Below are positions 48,438 through 58,000 of a DNA stretch of 64,000 nucleotides, piece after piece; the stretch's first letter is position 1; every line of letters begins with the position of its first letter. Made by a program: the position numbers and the translations under genes. Below the pieces are notes generated by a model. It did no database searches, was not told where the DNA came from, and saw only the letters and a list, made by a program, of their open reading frames with translations. The stretch is from an uncultured Clostridia bacterium (lineage in GTDB: Bacteria > Bacillota > Clostridia > Christensenellales > CAG-917), in NCBI GenBank assembly GCA_947589475.1, contig CANQBO010000006.1:9214-73213 (forward strand). The letters are read 5' to 3'.

Positions 48438-49169
48438 ATGAAAGAAAGATATTTCCGCGCATTTTGGGCAAATTTTGTCATAGTCGCCGTGCTCGTCGGT
48501 ACATTCGCTGTCGCGACCGCCGCCTCCATCCCCAACGTCAAAAATTCTGTCGTGACGGGAAACACCGCAATATACGAAGGAAGCGACGAATCGGGCGGAG
48601 TCGCGCTTATGTTCAACGTGTACGAAAACGCGGAGAATGTACAAAAGATCGCGGATATTCTGCTCGAGAGAGGGTGCTCGTCCACATTTTTCATAGGCGG
48701 GAGTTGGGCGGCGAAAAATCCGAATACCCTCCTGCGCATTGCCGCCGCGGGCTTCGAGATAGGCAATCACGGATACTTGCATCGCGACCATGCCGCGCTC
48801 TCCCTCAAGCAAAACACGGACGAGATACTTTTGACGGAGCGCCTGGTAGACAGCGTACTGTCCTCCCTGCCCGACTATAAAAACTGCAAGCTGTTTGCTC
48901 CTCCGTCGGGGAGCCTGGGCGACAACATGTTCGCCGCGTGCGCAAAGCTCGACTACCGCGTGATAATGTGGACGCGCGACACCATAGATTGGCGCGACCA
49001 CGACGCCGACCTCATCTTCAAACGCGCTATAAAGGGACTGAGCGCGGGCGACCTCGTCCTCATGCACCCTACGGACGCCACGCTCGAGGCGTTGCCTCGC
49101 ATACTGGACTACCTCGAAAGCGTCGACTTGCATGCCGCAAAAGTCTCGGACGTCATAGTCGCAAACTGA
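48438..49169 (+). CDS. Polysaccharide deacetylase family protein (NodB fold, PdaB-like), membrane-anchored
   Basis: The start was taken at MKERYFRAFWANFVIVAVLVG (ATG 48438, in frame with the track ORF at 48240). It contains STFFIGGSW...GFEIGNHGYLH. Confidence 0.75.
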   Translation: MKERYFRAFWANFVIVAVLVGTFAVATAASIPNVKNSVVTGNTAIYEGSDESGGVALMFNVYENAENVQKIADILLERGCSSTFFIGGSWAAKNPNTLLRIAAAGFEIGNHGYLHRDHAALSLKQNTDEILLTERLVDSVLSSLPDYKNCKLFAPPSGSLGDNMFAACAKLDYRVIMWTRDTIDWRDHDADLIFKRAIKGLSAGDLVLMHPTDATLEALPRILDYLESVDLHAAKVSDVIVAN

Positions 49170-49253
49170 ACCCCATTTTGCGTTTTCCGCAAAAAAAAGC
49201 GCATGTTGCGCATTTTCAAACTACGAAACAAACGCATCGCTATGCCGCAACAG

Positions 49254-49283
49254 AAAATGCTCTGCGAAAGCAGAGCATTTTTG
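49254..49283. terminator. Bidirectional terminator between convergent genes
   Basis: AAAATGCTCTGC (49254-49265) pairs with GCAGAGCATTTT (49270-49281). Confidence 0.75.
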
Positions 49284-49355
49284 TGACGCGAATTTTGATC
49301 GTGCCGCGTGCCGCGCTTTGGCGCGCGCATGCGCGCGCGATATATCAATATAATA

Positions 49356-50204
49356 TCATTTTGTTTCTCTGAGTTTCAGCGCGATGTCGACGTTTACAAA
49401 CTCTATGCGCATATACATCGTCTCCGTGCCGTCGGATTCGGTGTACATCGTAAATATCGCAAATGGTTGCGTATATGCGCTGTGCGCCGTTTCGCCGCCG
49501 ATGTAGACGGCGTCATAAGGAGTGCCGTCGTTACCCGTCAGATGTACGAGGTTGTACTCCCAATCGATCGTGAGCGACAATTGCGTATTGTCGGGTATGA
49601 GGTCGAGCAAATTTGCGGGCAGGCGCATACTTTTGCCGCCCGATTTTTTGTAGTCCTTTCCCATTTTGACAGCCGCGTCCTTGAGCGGACCTTCCGAGAA
49701 GTCCAACCCCTCGAAATTCAGTCCCGTAGTATTTTGCAAAAGCTTGAAAGCGCCCTCGACGTCGCCGTCGCTAAGTCGCTCCGTAAACCCGGGAAGCAAA
49801 GGCTCGACATCCTCTTGCAATGTTTGAGCTATGTCTAAATTTCTCAACTGCGCGCTTACGCTCTCCCGCGATATATCGTTGCCGAATCTGCTCAAGGCGT
49901 CAAACAACGAATTTACGCTGAGAGGTATTGTTTTGAGCTGTCCGCGCACCTTGCCGTCCTTACCGAATTCGAAATACGACTCCTGTTTGTCGAGCAACAG
50001 ATTCATCATAAGCGGCGCCATAGTCTGTCCCATGAGGTTTGTATGCTCTGTATCCAACTCATATATGCGCGTTTTTGAGAAGGTTTCGGGAGTGTACGGA
50101 GCCTCTGTCTTTTTTGCGTCGCATGCCGCAAACGCAAACAGGCAAGGACATATCAAAGCCAACGCGAGGACGGTCAACAGTGTTTTCGTATATCTTCTTT
50201 TCAT
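49356..50204 (-). CDS. Lipoprotein of unknown function
   Basis: The signal peptide carries the lipobox FAFAAC, and no recognisable motif follows. The gene begins 14 nt downstream of the SGNH gene, so the two are probably co-transcribed. Confidence 0.7.
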   Translation of the reverse strand: MKRRYTKTLLTVLALALICPCLFAFAACDAKKTEAPYTPETFSKTRIYELDTEHTNLMGQTMAPLMMNLLLDKQESYFEFGKDGKVRGQLKTIPLSVNSLFDALSRFGNDISRESVSAQLRNLDIAQTLQEDVEPLLPGFTERLSDGDVEGAFKLLQNTTGLNFEGLDFSEGPLKDAAVKMGKDYKKSGGKSMRLPANLLDLIPDNTQLSLTIDWEYNLVHLTGNDGTPYDAVYIGGETAHSAYTQPFAIFTMYTESDGTETMYMRIEFVNVDIALKLRETK

Positions 50205-50218
50205 GCCTCTTTACCCCC

Positions 50219-51538
50219 TCAGTAATTTATGGGCGTAAAGCCTCTGACGCCCTCAAAATATGCAAACGTAGCGACTTCCATGTCATTTGCCGCCTCTATC
50301 TTGCCCGCAATGCCGTCCACGTCCACGCCCTCGACGTCCGTATACATGCGCCTCAACTGTTCGAGTCTGAGCGCCTTATAGTTTTGAAGCGCGTTCGGGG
50401 ACGCATATCCCAGCTCCTCCAGCAACTTTTGAGTCTCGCAAGCTATTATCGCATGTCCCAAGTTGGACGGATGCGTCCAATCGTTGAAGATGAGCTGTCT
50501 GCCGAGGCAATCGCCGTCCAGTCTCACATTGCCGTCCTCGTCTTTGTCCATGTTTGTAACGCGATCGAAAGCCGCGTTCACGTCCAGCACGTAGAAGTTA
50601 TCGGGCTTGTACTCGTCTATATATTTGTATATGACGTTGTTCAAGACATCAAGCAAAGCGTCCGTGACTTTCCTGAACTGCGCAATATCCGTGATCTTTT
50701 TGCCCGCCTCTCCGAAGCGCCCCTTAACGTCCGTCACGTTTTTAAGTGCGTTTATGACGGAAGAGCGCAGGTGGGACGAACCCTCGAAGTAGGGATCGTA
50801 TACGGTCTGGAATATTATCTTCGCCGTGGGATTGAGCTGTCTTATTCGCGCGATAATGTCTACGACGTCCCGATATGTTGGCGGAAAATCGTATGTCACG
50901 CGCGAATTGGAGTTTACGGTGCCGTCCGAATAAAAATTCGGACGATAATTCTTGCTGTCGTTCGCATCCAAAGGCATATACATTATTCTGCCGTATTCGT
51001 CAAGCAAAGGCTCTCCGTCCTCGTCCGTATACGGCTCGCGACTGCCCGTATAGAGCAAGTCGAGAAGCGTATCCCCCTCGCCCTCCTTAAAACGCTCTTC
51101 AAAATCTGGCTGAGCGACCTCATAAAGCAACAGTCCCAAATTGTATTGCAAAATGTTGTTGCCGAGCACGGAAATATGGATGATGTCCGCCTGCTCGAGA
51201 TGCGTTTTCATAAGCGCGCCGTCCTCGCCGTCGCGATTTAGCATGCCGAGCAACCCTCCCGTCTCTTCGTCATATCCGCTCGCATACGAGGAGGTCTTGT
51301 GCCCCGAAACGGAATGATTGTAATATTTCATGCCGTTGATCTTGCCCAAAATCGCATAGTAGCCGTAATTGTCGCGCTCGGCGACCGGCGACGGACCGAG
51401 AAGCGCCTCGGCTATGGAATCGCCCAAGTACACGATGGAATAGGTCTCTGCCTCTTTTTCGTCGCAAGCCGAAAACGCAAGACAGCACGCTAAGATAAGC
51501 AAGACGGATACTCCAGCCTTCGCAAGCTTTTTAAACAT
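50219..51538 (-). CDS. SGNH/GDSL-hydrolase-like lipoprotein
   Basis: The start was taken at MFKKLAKAGVSVLLILACCLAFSAC (ATG 51538, RBS GGGGGTGA). Block I YLGDSIAE and block V-like DWTHPSNLGH are present. Confidence 0.7.
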   Translation of the reverse strand: MFKKLAKAGVSVLLILACCLAFSACDEKEAETYSIVYLGDSIAEALLGPSPVAERDNYGYYAILGKINGMKYYNHSVSGHKTSSYASGYDEETGGLLGMLNRDGEDGALMKTHLEQADIIHISVLGNNILQYNLGLLLYEVAQPDFEERFKEGEGDTLLDLLYTGSREPYTDEDGEPLLDEYGRIMYMPLDANDSKNYRPNFYSDGTVNSNSRVTYDFPPTYRDVVDIIARIRQLNPTAKIIFQTVYDPYFEGSSHLRSSVINALKNVTDVKGRFGEAGKKITDIAQFRKVTDALLDVLNNVIYKYIDEYKPDNFYVLDVNAAFDRVTNMDKDEDGNVRLDGDCLGRQLIFNDWTHPSNLGHAIIACETQKLLEELGYASPNALQNYKALRLEQLRRMYTDVEGVDVDGIAGKIEAANDMEVATFAYFEGVRGFTPINY

Positions 51539-51774
51539 AAGATCACCCCCTTGAAAGACGGTCTTTCCCATTTATGGACAGAAGTTATTTTTGTTTATGG
51601 ACAGGCACATATTATTTTCATCTCGTCGGGAGCGCGATGTTCTTAAGCGTTTTTTCTTATACGCTCTTCCCATAAACGTCAAAATATGCGCCTCGCACTT
51701 TATATGTGCACGTTTTTACATCTCGTGCCTATGAATGTCGAAAGCGTGGATGTCGAAGTCGGCGCGCCTTAAAG

Positions 51775-52284
51775 TTACGCTTTCTTCACAAAATACACTT
51801 TTGCCATCTTTTGCTCGCGAATAGGTCTGTCGTTTCTCGACGTAGGCACGGAGGCGATGCTGTCCACGGTCTCCATACCCTCGACGACCTTGCCGAACGC
51901 GGCATATTGCCCGTCCAAAAACTTTGCGTCCGCATGGCATATGAAAAACTGCGAGGAGGCGGAATTCGGGTTTGAACTGCGCGCCATGGATATGACTCCC
52001 CTCTCGTGCGATATGGGGTTTGAAACGCCGTTTATGAAAAACTCGCCCTTTATGCACTCGTTGCTTCCGCCCATTCCCGTGCCCGTGGGATCGCCGCCCT
52101 GTATCATAAATCCCGCGATGACCCTGTGAAAAATGAGTCCGTCATAGAAGCCGCCTGCCACAAGTTTTTTGAAATTCGCGACCGTGATAGGCGCGGCTTT
52201 TTCATTGAGTTCGATGACGATACTGCCGCCGTTTTGCATTTCGATCTTTACAAGATCCGTCACTTCATCTGCCTTTTTATACAT
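51775..52284 (-). CDS. ppiB: Peptidyl-prolyl cis-trans isomerase, cyclophilin type
   Basis: It contains FHRVIAGFMIQGGDPTGTGMGG. Confidence 0.93.
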   Translation of the reverse strand: MYKKADEVTDLVKIEMQNGGSIVIELNEKAAPITVANFKKLVAGGFYDGLIFHRVIAGFMIQGGDPTGTGMGGSNECIKGEFFINGVSNPISHERGVISMARSSNPNSASSQFFICHADAKFLDGQYAAFGKVVEGMETVDSIASVPTSRNDRPIREQKMAKVYFVKKA

Positions 52285-52338
52285 GATAAACTCCTTGTTT
52301 TGAATTTTTTACATATTTTTGTTTTTTGCATTGTCCGC

Positions 52339-53541
52339 TCAAAGCGCGTTTTTAACTATGCGCGTTGCCGCCGCCTTTGCGCTTGTCCACGCCCACTGCA
52401 GATTGTAGCCGCCGCTGTCTCCGTCGACGTCCACCGCCTCACCGACGGCATAAGCGTTTTTGCACTTGCGCGACATCATACCTTCGTCAAACTCTTCCAC
52501 CTCAAGCCCGCCCGACATCACCTGCGCCAGACTTGCATCGCCTACGCCTTCTATGACGAGACGATAATTTTTTACAGCGTCCGCGAGGTCGCATATCTTT
52601 TCCTCCGCTCTGTCCTCGGCAGAACAGCCCGCCGCCCAAATGACGCGCTCCTGCAATCGGGAGTGGAATGTCCCGACAAGAAGTTCGTCCACAGTCGTCG
52701 TATCGCGCAGGCGCTTCTTGAACATCTCTTTCACTTCCGCCTTTGAATACTCGGGCATAAAGTCAAGCGTGAGCGCGTCGCCTGCCTTCGCTCTTCCGCG
52801 GGCGATCTCTCCCGCCATATCGAATGCCGCTATGCCGCTTATCCCTATGTCCTTAAACAACACCTCGCCGACCTCATATCTGCGTCCTATGCGCACGCCC
52901 GCCTTTACGCGCACACCCTGCAAACCCTTGAGCGGAGCCTTATTTGTGCGTATGGGCGCAAGAGACGGGGTCATCGGGCGCACCGTATGTCCGAGAGCGG
53001 CAAATAATCCCGTGCTGTTCCTGCCGAATGTCGCAGGGGATCCCGTCGCAAGCACAACTACGTCCGCATGGTAATAAAAACTCTCCTGCTTGCCGTCTTT
53101 TATCATCGCTCCGCTCACTTCAAATCCGTTGCGGAATTTTCCTATGGAGTTTACAGCATGCCCCGTGAAAATATGCGTGCCCCTCCTCTCGACCGCGCGA
53201 CGAAGCACGTCGAGGACGGTGGAGGCGCACTCGCTAAACGGGTACACCCGCTTGTCTATGACCTTTGTCAAAAGCCCCATGTCTTCAAACGCGGCGATAG
53301 CGTCCTCGGCGCCGAAGCGCTCGAGAAAGCTCCCGACAAACTCGGGACGGTTGAAATGATCGGCGCTCATGTCGAGGTTTGTGAGGTTGCACTTTCCGTT
53401 GCCTGTCGCAAGCAGTTTTTTCCCCACTCTGTCGTTGCTTTCGATTATAGCTACTCTCAGAGCGGACGGCAACTGCGACGCGAGGAAAAGTCCCGCCGCG
53501 CCTCCTCCGATGATAATAACGTCGAATTTCCCTCCGTCCAT
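52339..53541 (-). CDS. HI0933/BaiN-like NAD(P)/FAD-dependent oxidoreductase
   Basis: It contains DVIIIGGGAAGLF...GKKLLATGNGKCNLTN and a C-terminal VDGDSGGYNLQWAW. Confidence 0.85.
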   Translation of the reverse strand: MDGGKFDVIIIGGGAAGLFLASQLPSALRVAIIESNDRVGKKLLATGNGKCNLTNLDMSADHFNRPEFVGSFLERFGAEDAIAAFEDMGLLTKVIDKRVYPFSECASTVLDVLRRAVERRGTHIFTGHAVNSIGKFRNGFEVSGAMIKDGKQESFYYHADVVVLATGSPATFGRNSTGLFAALGHTVRPMTPSLAPIRTNKAPLKGLQGVRVKAGVRIGRRYEVGEVLFKDIGISGIAAFDMAGEIARGRAKAGDALTLDFMPEYSKAEVKEMFKKRLRDTTTVDELLVGTFHSRLQERVIWAAGCSAEDRAEEKICDLADAVKNYRLVIEGVGDASLAQVMSGGLEVEEFDEGMMSRKCKNAYAVGEAVDVDGDSGGYNLQWAWTSAKAAATRIVKNAL

Positions 53542-53723
53542 ATCCGATTCCTTCGCTCAAATTTATGCCGTGCGCACATTTATCCGCCGTTTTTAAAAGC
53601 TTCGCGCAACAATGATCGCGCCCGCCGACTTTGCGTACGGCGCCTTTTCGCAAATACAGTTTATCATAAAAAGCTCCCCATTGCAATTTTTTTATAAATT
53701 CTTGCAAAACTATGAAAAATTGC

Positions 53724-53752
53724 TTGTCAAAAGCCGCAAATTAGTGTATCAT
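53724..53752 (+). promoter_or_regulatory. Candidate promoter of tRNA-Val (TTGTCA-17-TATCAT)
   Basis: The -35 lies at 53724-53729 and the -10 at 53747-53752. The tRNA starts about 12 nt downstream. Confidence 0.5.
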
Positions 53753-53763
53753 ATCAATGCTTC

Positions 53764-53840
53764 GGAGGCATAGCCCAGTTGGTTAGAGCGCTACGTTGAC
53801 ATCGTAGAGGTCATAAGTTCGAGTCTTATTGTCTCCACCA
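53764..53840 (+). tRNA. tRNA-Val (anticodon GAC), CCA encoded
   Basis: The hand-folded cloverleaf has an acceptor stem GGAGGCA/TGTCTCC (one G-U pair), an anticodon stem CTACG/CGTAG with loop TTGACAT, a T arm ATAAG-TTCGAGT-CTTAT and a 3' ACCA. The D stem has one C-A mismatch. Confidence 0.85.
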
Positions 53841-53846
53841 TACAAG

Positions 53847-53878
53847 ACCTAATTCGAACACGAATTAGGTTTCTTTTT
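53847..53878 (+). terminator. Terminator after tRNA-Val
   Basis: ACCTAATTCG (53847-53856) pairs with CGAATTAGGT (53861-53870) and is followed by TTCTTTTT. Confidence 0.8.
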
Positions 53879-54231
53879 GCGCCGAATGATAATTTCGCTT
53901 TGCTCGATTTTGCGCAATCGTTGATCTGCTAACGACTTTTTTTTTGATAAGCAACTATATGTTTGACCTCGTTAGATATGCATTTATAAACAAACAGATG
54001 AGGCTTTCGCTCCGCGTGCGGGAGTTGCGTCCCCGACTCAAAATTGTTACGCGTCGGGCGCTGTGCTGTTCGCAGAGCTTAAGAGCACTCCGCAATTTAT
54101 CGCTACTCCGCGCACAAAAATTTTAACGGCTCACAATATCTCACATAAAGATGTGGCTATGGCTCACCTGATTTTTGTGTTTGGGTGATAGGGGCAATGC
54201 TCCTGCTGTGCCGCCACCGCTCCCGTAAGGG

Positions 54232-54270
54232 CTGTGAAGCGACGGAGACCCCCCGCTTCACAGATTTTTT
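54232..54270 (+). terminator. Orphan plus-strand rho-independent terminator
   Basis: CTGTGAAGCG (54232-54241) pairs with CGCTTCACAG (54254-54263) and is followed by ATTTTTT. No plus-strand gene lies upstream of it. Confidence 0.7.
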
Positions 54271-54349
54271 GTGTCATGCAATGCTATTTTGGATATCTGT
54301 CCAAAGACAAAACCAAAACTCCCCGCGCATTATTAGGTGGAGTACAACA

Positions 54350-54577
54350 TTATGTTGGATATCTGTCCAAAGGGACAAAGTCGTGCACCTTCAAACCGTT
54401 TTCATACACCATAATATCCGCAATATCTTCGCCTGTGTAAAACTCGAAGAATACGACCTGCCATTTGCCGTCTATTGCTTCTTTTGACATAACAGCGCCA
54501 AAATCGCCGCGTTTTACGCCTGCTTTTGAATATGTCGGCTTTTCTACAATCAGTTCCACCAAATCAAGATATTTCAT
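54350..54577 (-). CDS. Small DUF4926-like protein (75 aa)
   Basis: The RBS GGGAGG is present. The pattern DLVELIVEKPTYSKAGVKRGDFGAVM...WQVVFFEF..GEDIADIMV resembles the DUF4926 consensus as recalled from memory. Confidence 0.5.
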   Translation of the reverse strand: MKYLDLVELIVEKPTYSKAGVKRGDFGAVMSKEAIDGKWQVVFFEFYTGEDIADIMVYENGLKVHDFVPLDRYPT

Positions 54578-54794
54578 TTGTCACCTCCCGACCTTCAGGC
54601 GGAGTATTAAAACGCAATATTTCCGAATTGATTTTACACCTCATGCTTATAAAATTGCAAATTTTATGACAGATTTTTTTGTTAGATTTTGTTTGGGCGT
54701 TGCCCATTACTTGCAAAGGCACGCTGATATGGGCGCGCTTTTTTTAAAAGCCGCAAATATTGCAAGCCTATGACACGTCCCTCCGCATTTTTCA

Positions 54795-54829
54795 AAAAGA
54801 GTCGGGAGTTTAAAACTTCCGACTCTTTT
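54795..54829. terminator. Bidirectional terminator downstream of the large-protein operon
   Basis: AAAAGAGTCGGGAGTT (54795-54810) pairs with AACTTCCGACTCTTTT (54814-54829), with one G-U pair. Confidence 0.75.
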
Positions 54830-55012
54830 GATTTTGATTCTACCCAAAAACATACGGTCTAATATTTTTGTGTTTCGACCGAGGCGCCTAAGCAGGCGTT
54901 TTCGGGGTTTTAACGCGCTTGTCGAAGTGCGGAAGCACCCGACGCTTTCTCCGCATGGCAACGCGCTTAGAATTGCTCACAAGCGCCTGTATGCGGGCTT
55001 TTGCCCGAGACG

Positions 55013-58000
55013 TCATCTGCGAGATTTATGCCTCTTGCGGTTTTTGCCGTTCCAACGAAGTTGCTCGGTCGATAAACCGCTTGAGAAATCCTTGTTGTCG
55101 CCTGAGTCGCCTTCCTCGTCTTTCTCGCCGTCCTCTTCGGGGCTTAAGCTGTCCTCTTTCGGAGCGTCCTCGCTGTCTGCATCCTCGAGTTCGGTCTCGG
55201 CGGCAACAGTCTCCTCTTCATTCGGCATTTCTTCTGCAGGGGTTTCTTCCGCCGAATTTTCCTCAATAGGAGTTTCCTCTACGGGAGTTTCCTCTACGGG
55301 AGTTTCCTCTACGGGAGTTTCCTCTACGGGAGTTTCCTCTACGGGAGTTTCCTCTACCAGAGTTTCCTCGGCTGTTTCGACGTCCTCGTTTGATGGCGCC
55401 TCTTCCTGAGTTTTGGTCTCTTCGATCGTATTATCCTCGGCAGTTGCCTCTGTCTGTTGTTCGTCTGCGGGAGCCTCGTCTGTCTGCTCGGAGTTTTCTT
55501 GCTCCGACTCGATCTTAAGAGATCCATCCGTTTCGGCTTCTTCAACAGGATCCTCTTCTAATTGAGTTTCATCGACATCTTGCGTCGGCTCCGTCGTCAG
55601 GTCGGCTATGCTTGCGTTTTCCTCTTCGGAAGGCGTTTCATTTGTCGCAGTTTCCTCTGCGGGCGCTTGCTCTTCCGCGGGCGCTTGCTCTTCCGCGAGC
55701 GTTTGCTCCTCTGCGTGAGTGTGCTCGTCCGTCAATATATCCTCGGTGGGAGCAGGCTCCTTGTCCGCCGCCGCTTCCGCCTCTTCCGCGGGAGCGCCTT
55801 GCGTGAATATAGCCTCGTCCGCTTTGCTCTTTATGACTCGCTTTGCAAGACCTTTATCTATGAGTTGGACGATGCCCTCATAAGGCAGATAGTAATCTTC
55901 CGCAATGCGCTCGACGCGCACGGCGCCCAGACGCTCCATGACGGTCGCGAACAGTTCGATCGCAAGGCGCACGCGCTTCTCGTTTTTGAGCCTGTACATG
56001 CACGGAGTGTCGACGTGGGACGGGCTGTCCGAAACGTCCTCTACCTTATATTTGCTGTCCACATAATCTGCGGGGTCGAGAGGCAGGAAGATGCACAACG
56101 TGTTGCCGCGATAGCCTAGACGGGCGACTGTCTCTCTGCCGAAGCGGAACGTCTCACGCTTCCAGCTCATGCGGGCTTTGACCTTTTTGTAGGACAACAT
56201 CTCGTTTTTAAGTTTTGTGTACCATATCTTGATCTCATCGTCGGATTGTATAAATCTCGCAGTAAAGCTTCTGTCATAGCGCAGTACTCCGCCCTCGAAG
56301 AATTCCTCATCGCCGAGGTCAAACCCGCGCTTCTCGCGTTGCGCTTCGGGCGCGGCGGCGATGTTGACTCGATAGCCAACGGTGCGATCCTGATACAGTA
56401 TCGATACGGCGGCAGTGCCCTCTTTGCTCATATCGGGAGCGACGACGGAATAATCGTCGATTTCCATCTCGAGAGGCTCGGTATTGAAGTGAGCCGTGAC
56501 GACAAGACCGTTACAATCGAAGGCGTCGCCCGCCGTGAAGTCTTTCTTCACGTTGTCCGTATTGACAGAGATGTACACGAGAGTGCGCTCGGGCGCAACC
56601 TCTTCCTCCGCATCTTCCACGGATATGGTATAGTATGCGGTGAATTTGCCGTAATGCACCGTGACTGCGCGCTTGCCCGCCTCGGACATATCGGGCTTGA
56701 TGACGTACAGCCCTTCAATCTTGTCTTCGGGCAACTCGTTGTACTCCTCCTCCGTCAACAACGTATATTCTATCAAGCTTTCCGTCATAGGATCGGAGTC
56801 GTAATCCGCAGTGATGAGCAAGCCGTCGCAATCGAATTCGTCGCCGACCGTAAACTCGCGCGGGACGACGCGTACATCCAAAGAAATGCCGACGAGCGTA
56901 CGCACCACTTCCTCTTCCGACAGCGTATCCTCTTGCTCGGGTTCTTCGGCGAGCGCTTGCGGCTCTTCCTCGGGCTTCGGCTCATTTACGGCGACGGAAT
57001 AAAGCGCGGTCTGCCCATTATATCTGACCTCGATCGCCGTCTTGCCGACGCTTGAGAGATCGGGAACGATGACATAGCATCCCTCCGCTTTCTCTTCGTC
57101 CGACAGCACGGCAAATTCATCCTCGCCTATTACGGTATATTCTGCAATGCTCTCCTTGCGCGGATCCGCGTCGTATTCGGCATTGACGATGAGACCGTCG
57201 CAATTGAACTCGTCGCCCAACGTAAACTCGCGCTGAACGATGCCGAGGTCCAAGTCGATGTTGATGAGCGAACGCGGCTTGATCTCCTCCGTTGCGATCT
57301 CCTCTAGAGGCGCTTCCTCCGCCTCTTTGACGACGACCATATAGACGGCGGATCTGTCCTTATATCTGATGTTCACCGCGACTTTGCCCTCGCTGTCCAT
57401 ATCGGGTTTGATGACATAGCAACCACTCAGCTCCTCGGAGGCGATACCGTCGAAGACTTCCTTGTCGATGAGTTTATACTCCGTGATGATCTCCTCAAGC
57501 GGAGCGAGGCTGTAATTCGCCTTGATGACAAGTCCGTCGCATTCGAATGCGTCGCCCACCGTAAATTCGCGCTTTACCACGCCCAGATCGAGAGTAAGTC
57601 CCGTGAGAGCGCGCTCCGCAACAGGTTGAGGCTCCGCCAAGGCGGTGACGACCGCGACGTTTTGCTGTTCCTGCTGTTGTCCCACTGCGATATAGTACAT
57701 TGCCTGTTTGCCGCGATAGTTGACGGTGACGGCGATTTTGCCCTCTTTTGAGGTGTCCGGCTTCAATATGTAGCACTCCTCGATATGTCCGGACTTTTGC
57801 AATGTGTCAAGCTGTTCATGCGAGATGACGGTGATGACGGGAATAGGTTCCGTCACGGGATCGAGATTGAAGTTTGCCACTGCCGCCAAACCGTCGCAGT
57901 TGAAGTCCTCTCCCACGGCGAAATAGCGTTGCGCCATAGATGTGTCAAGCGAAACGCCTTGCAAGACGCGCTCGGCGGGCTTTGTATCCACGACGACTTC

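Noticed and set aside
48396-49133. The 5' extension that makes the M16 peptidase ORF 668 aa long.
   Set aside because: The extension is antisense to the deacetylase gene and has no peptidase similarity. The family-typical N-terminus (MQKLISFESG..., HxxEH soon after) starts at 48395/48389.
53944-54126. The 60-aa plus-strand ORF inside the orphan transcription unit.
   Set aside because: It has a TTG start without an RBS, and its Arg/Leu/Cys-rich composition is unlike the other proteins in the window. The region is treated as non-coding (candidate sRNA).
53764-55012. A genomic island or prophage remnant integrated at tRNA-Val.
   Set aside because: There is no integrase, recombinase or phage gene, and no direct repeat of the tRNA 3' end downstream within the window. 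Only a small DUF4926-like gene and non-coding DNA follow.
54828-55409. The Ser-rich 193-aa plus-strand ORF and the 54919-55269 ORF.
   Set aside because: Both are antisense translations of the acidic (E/T/P) tail and its tandem repeat in the 1046-aa gene.
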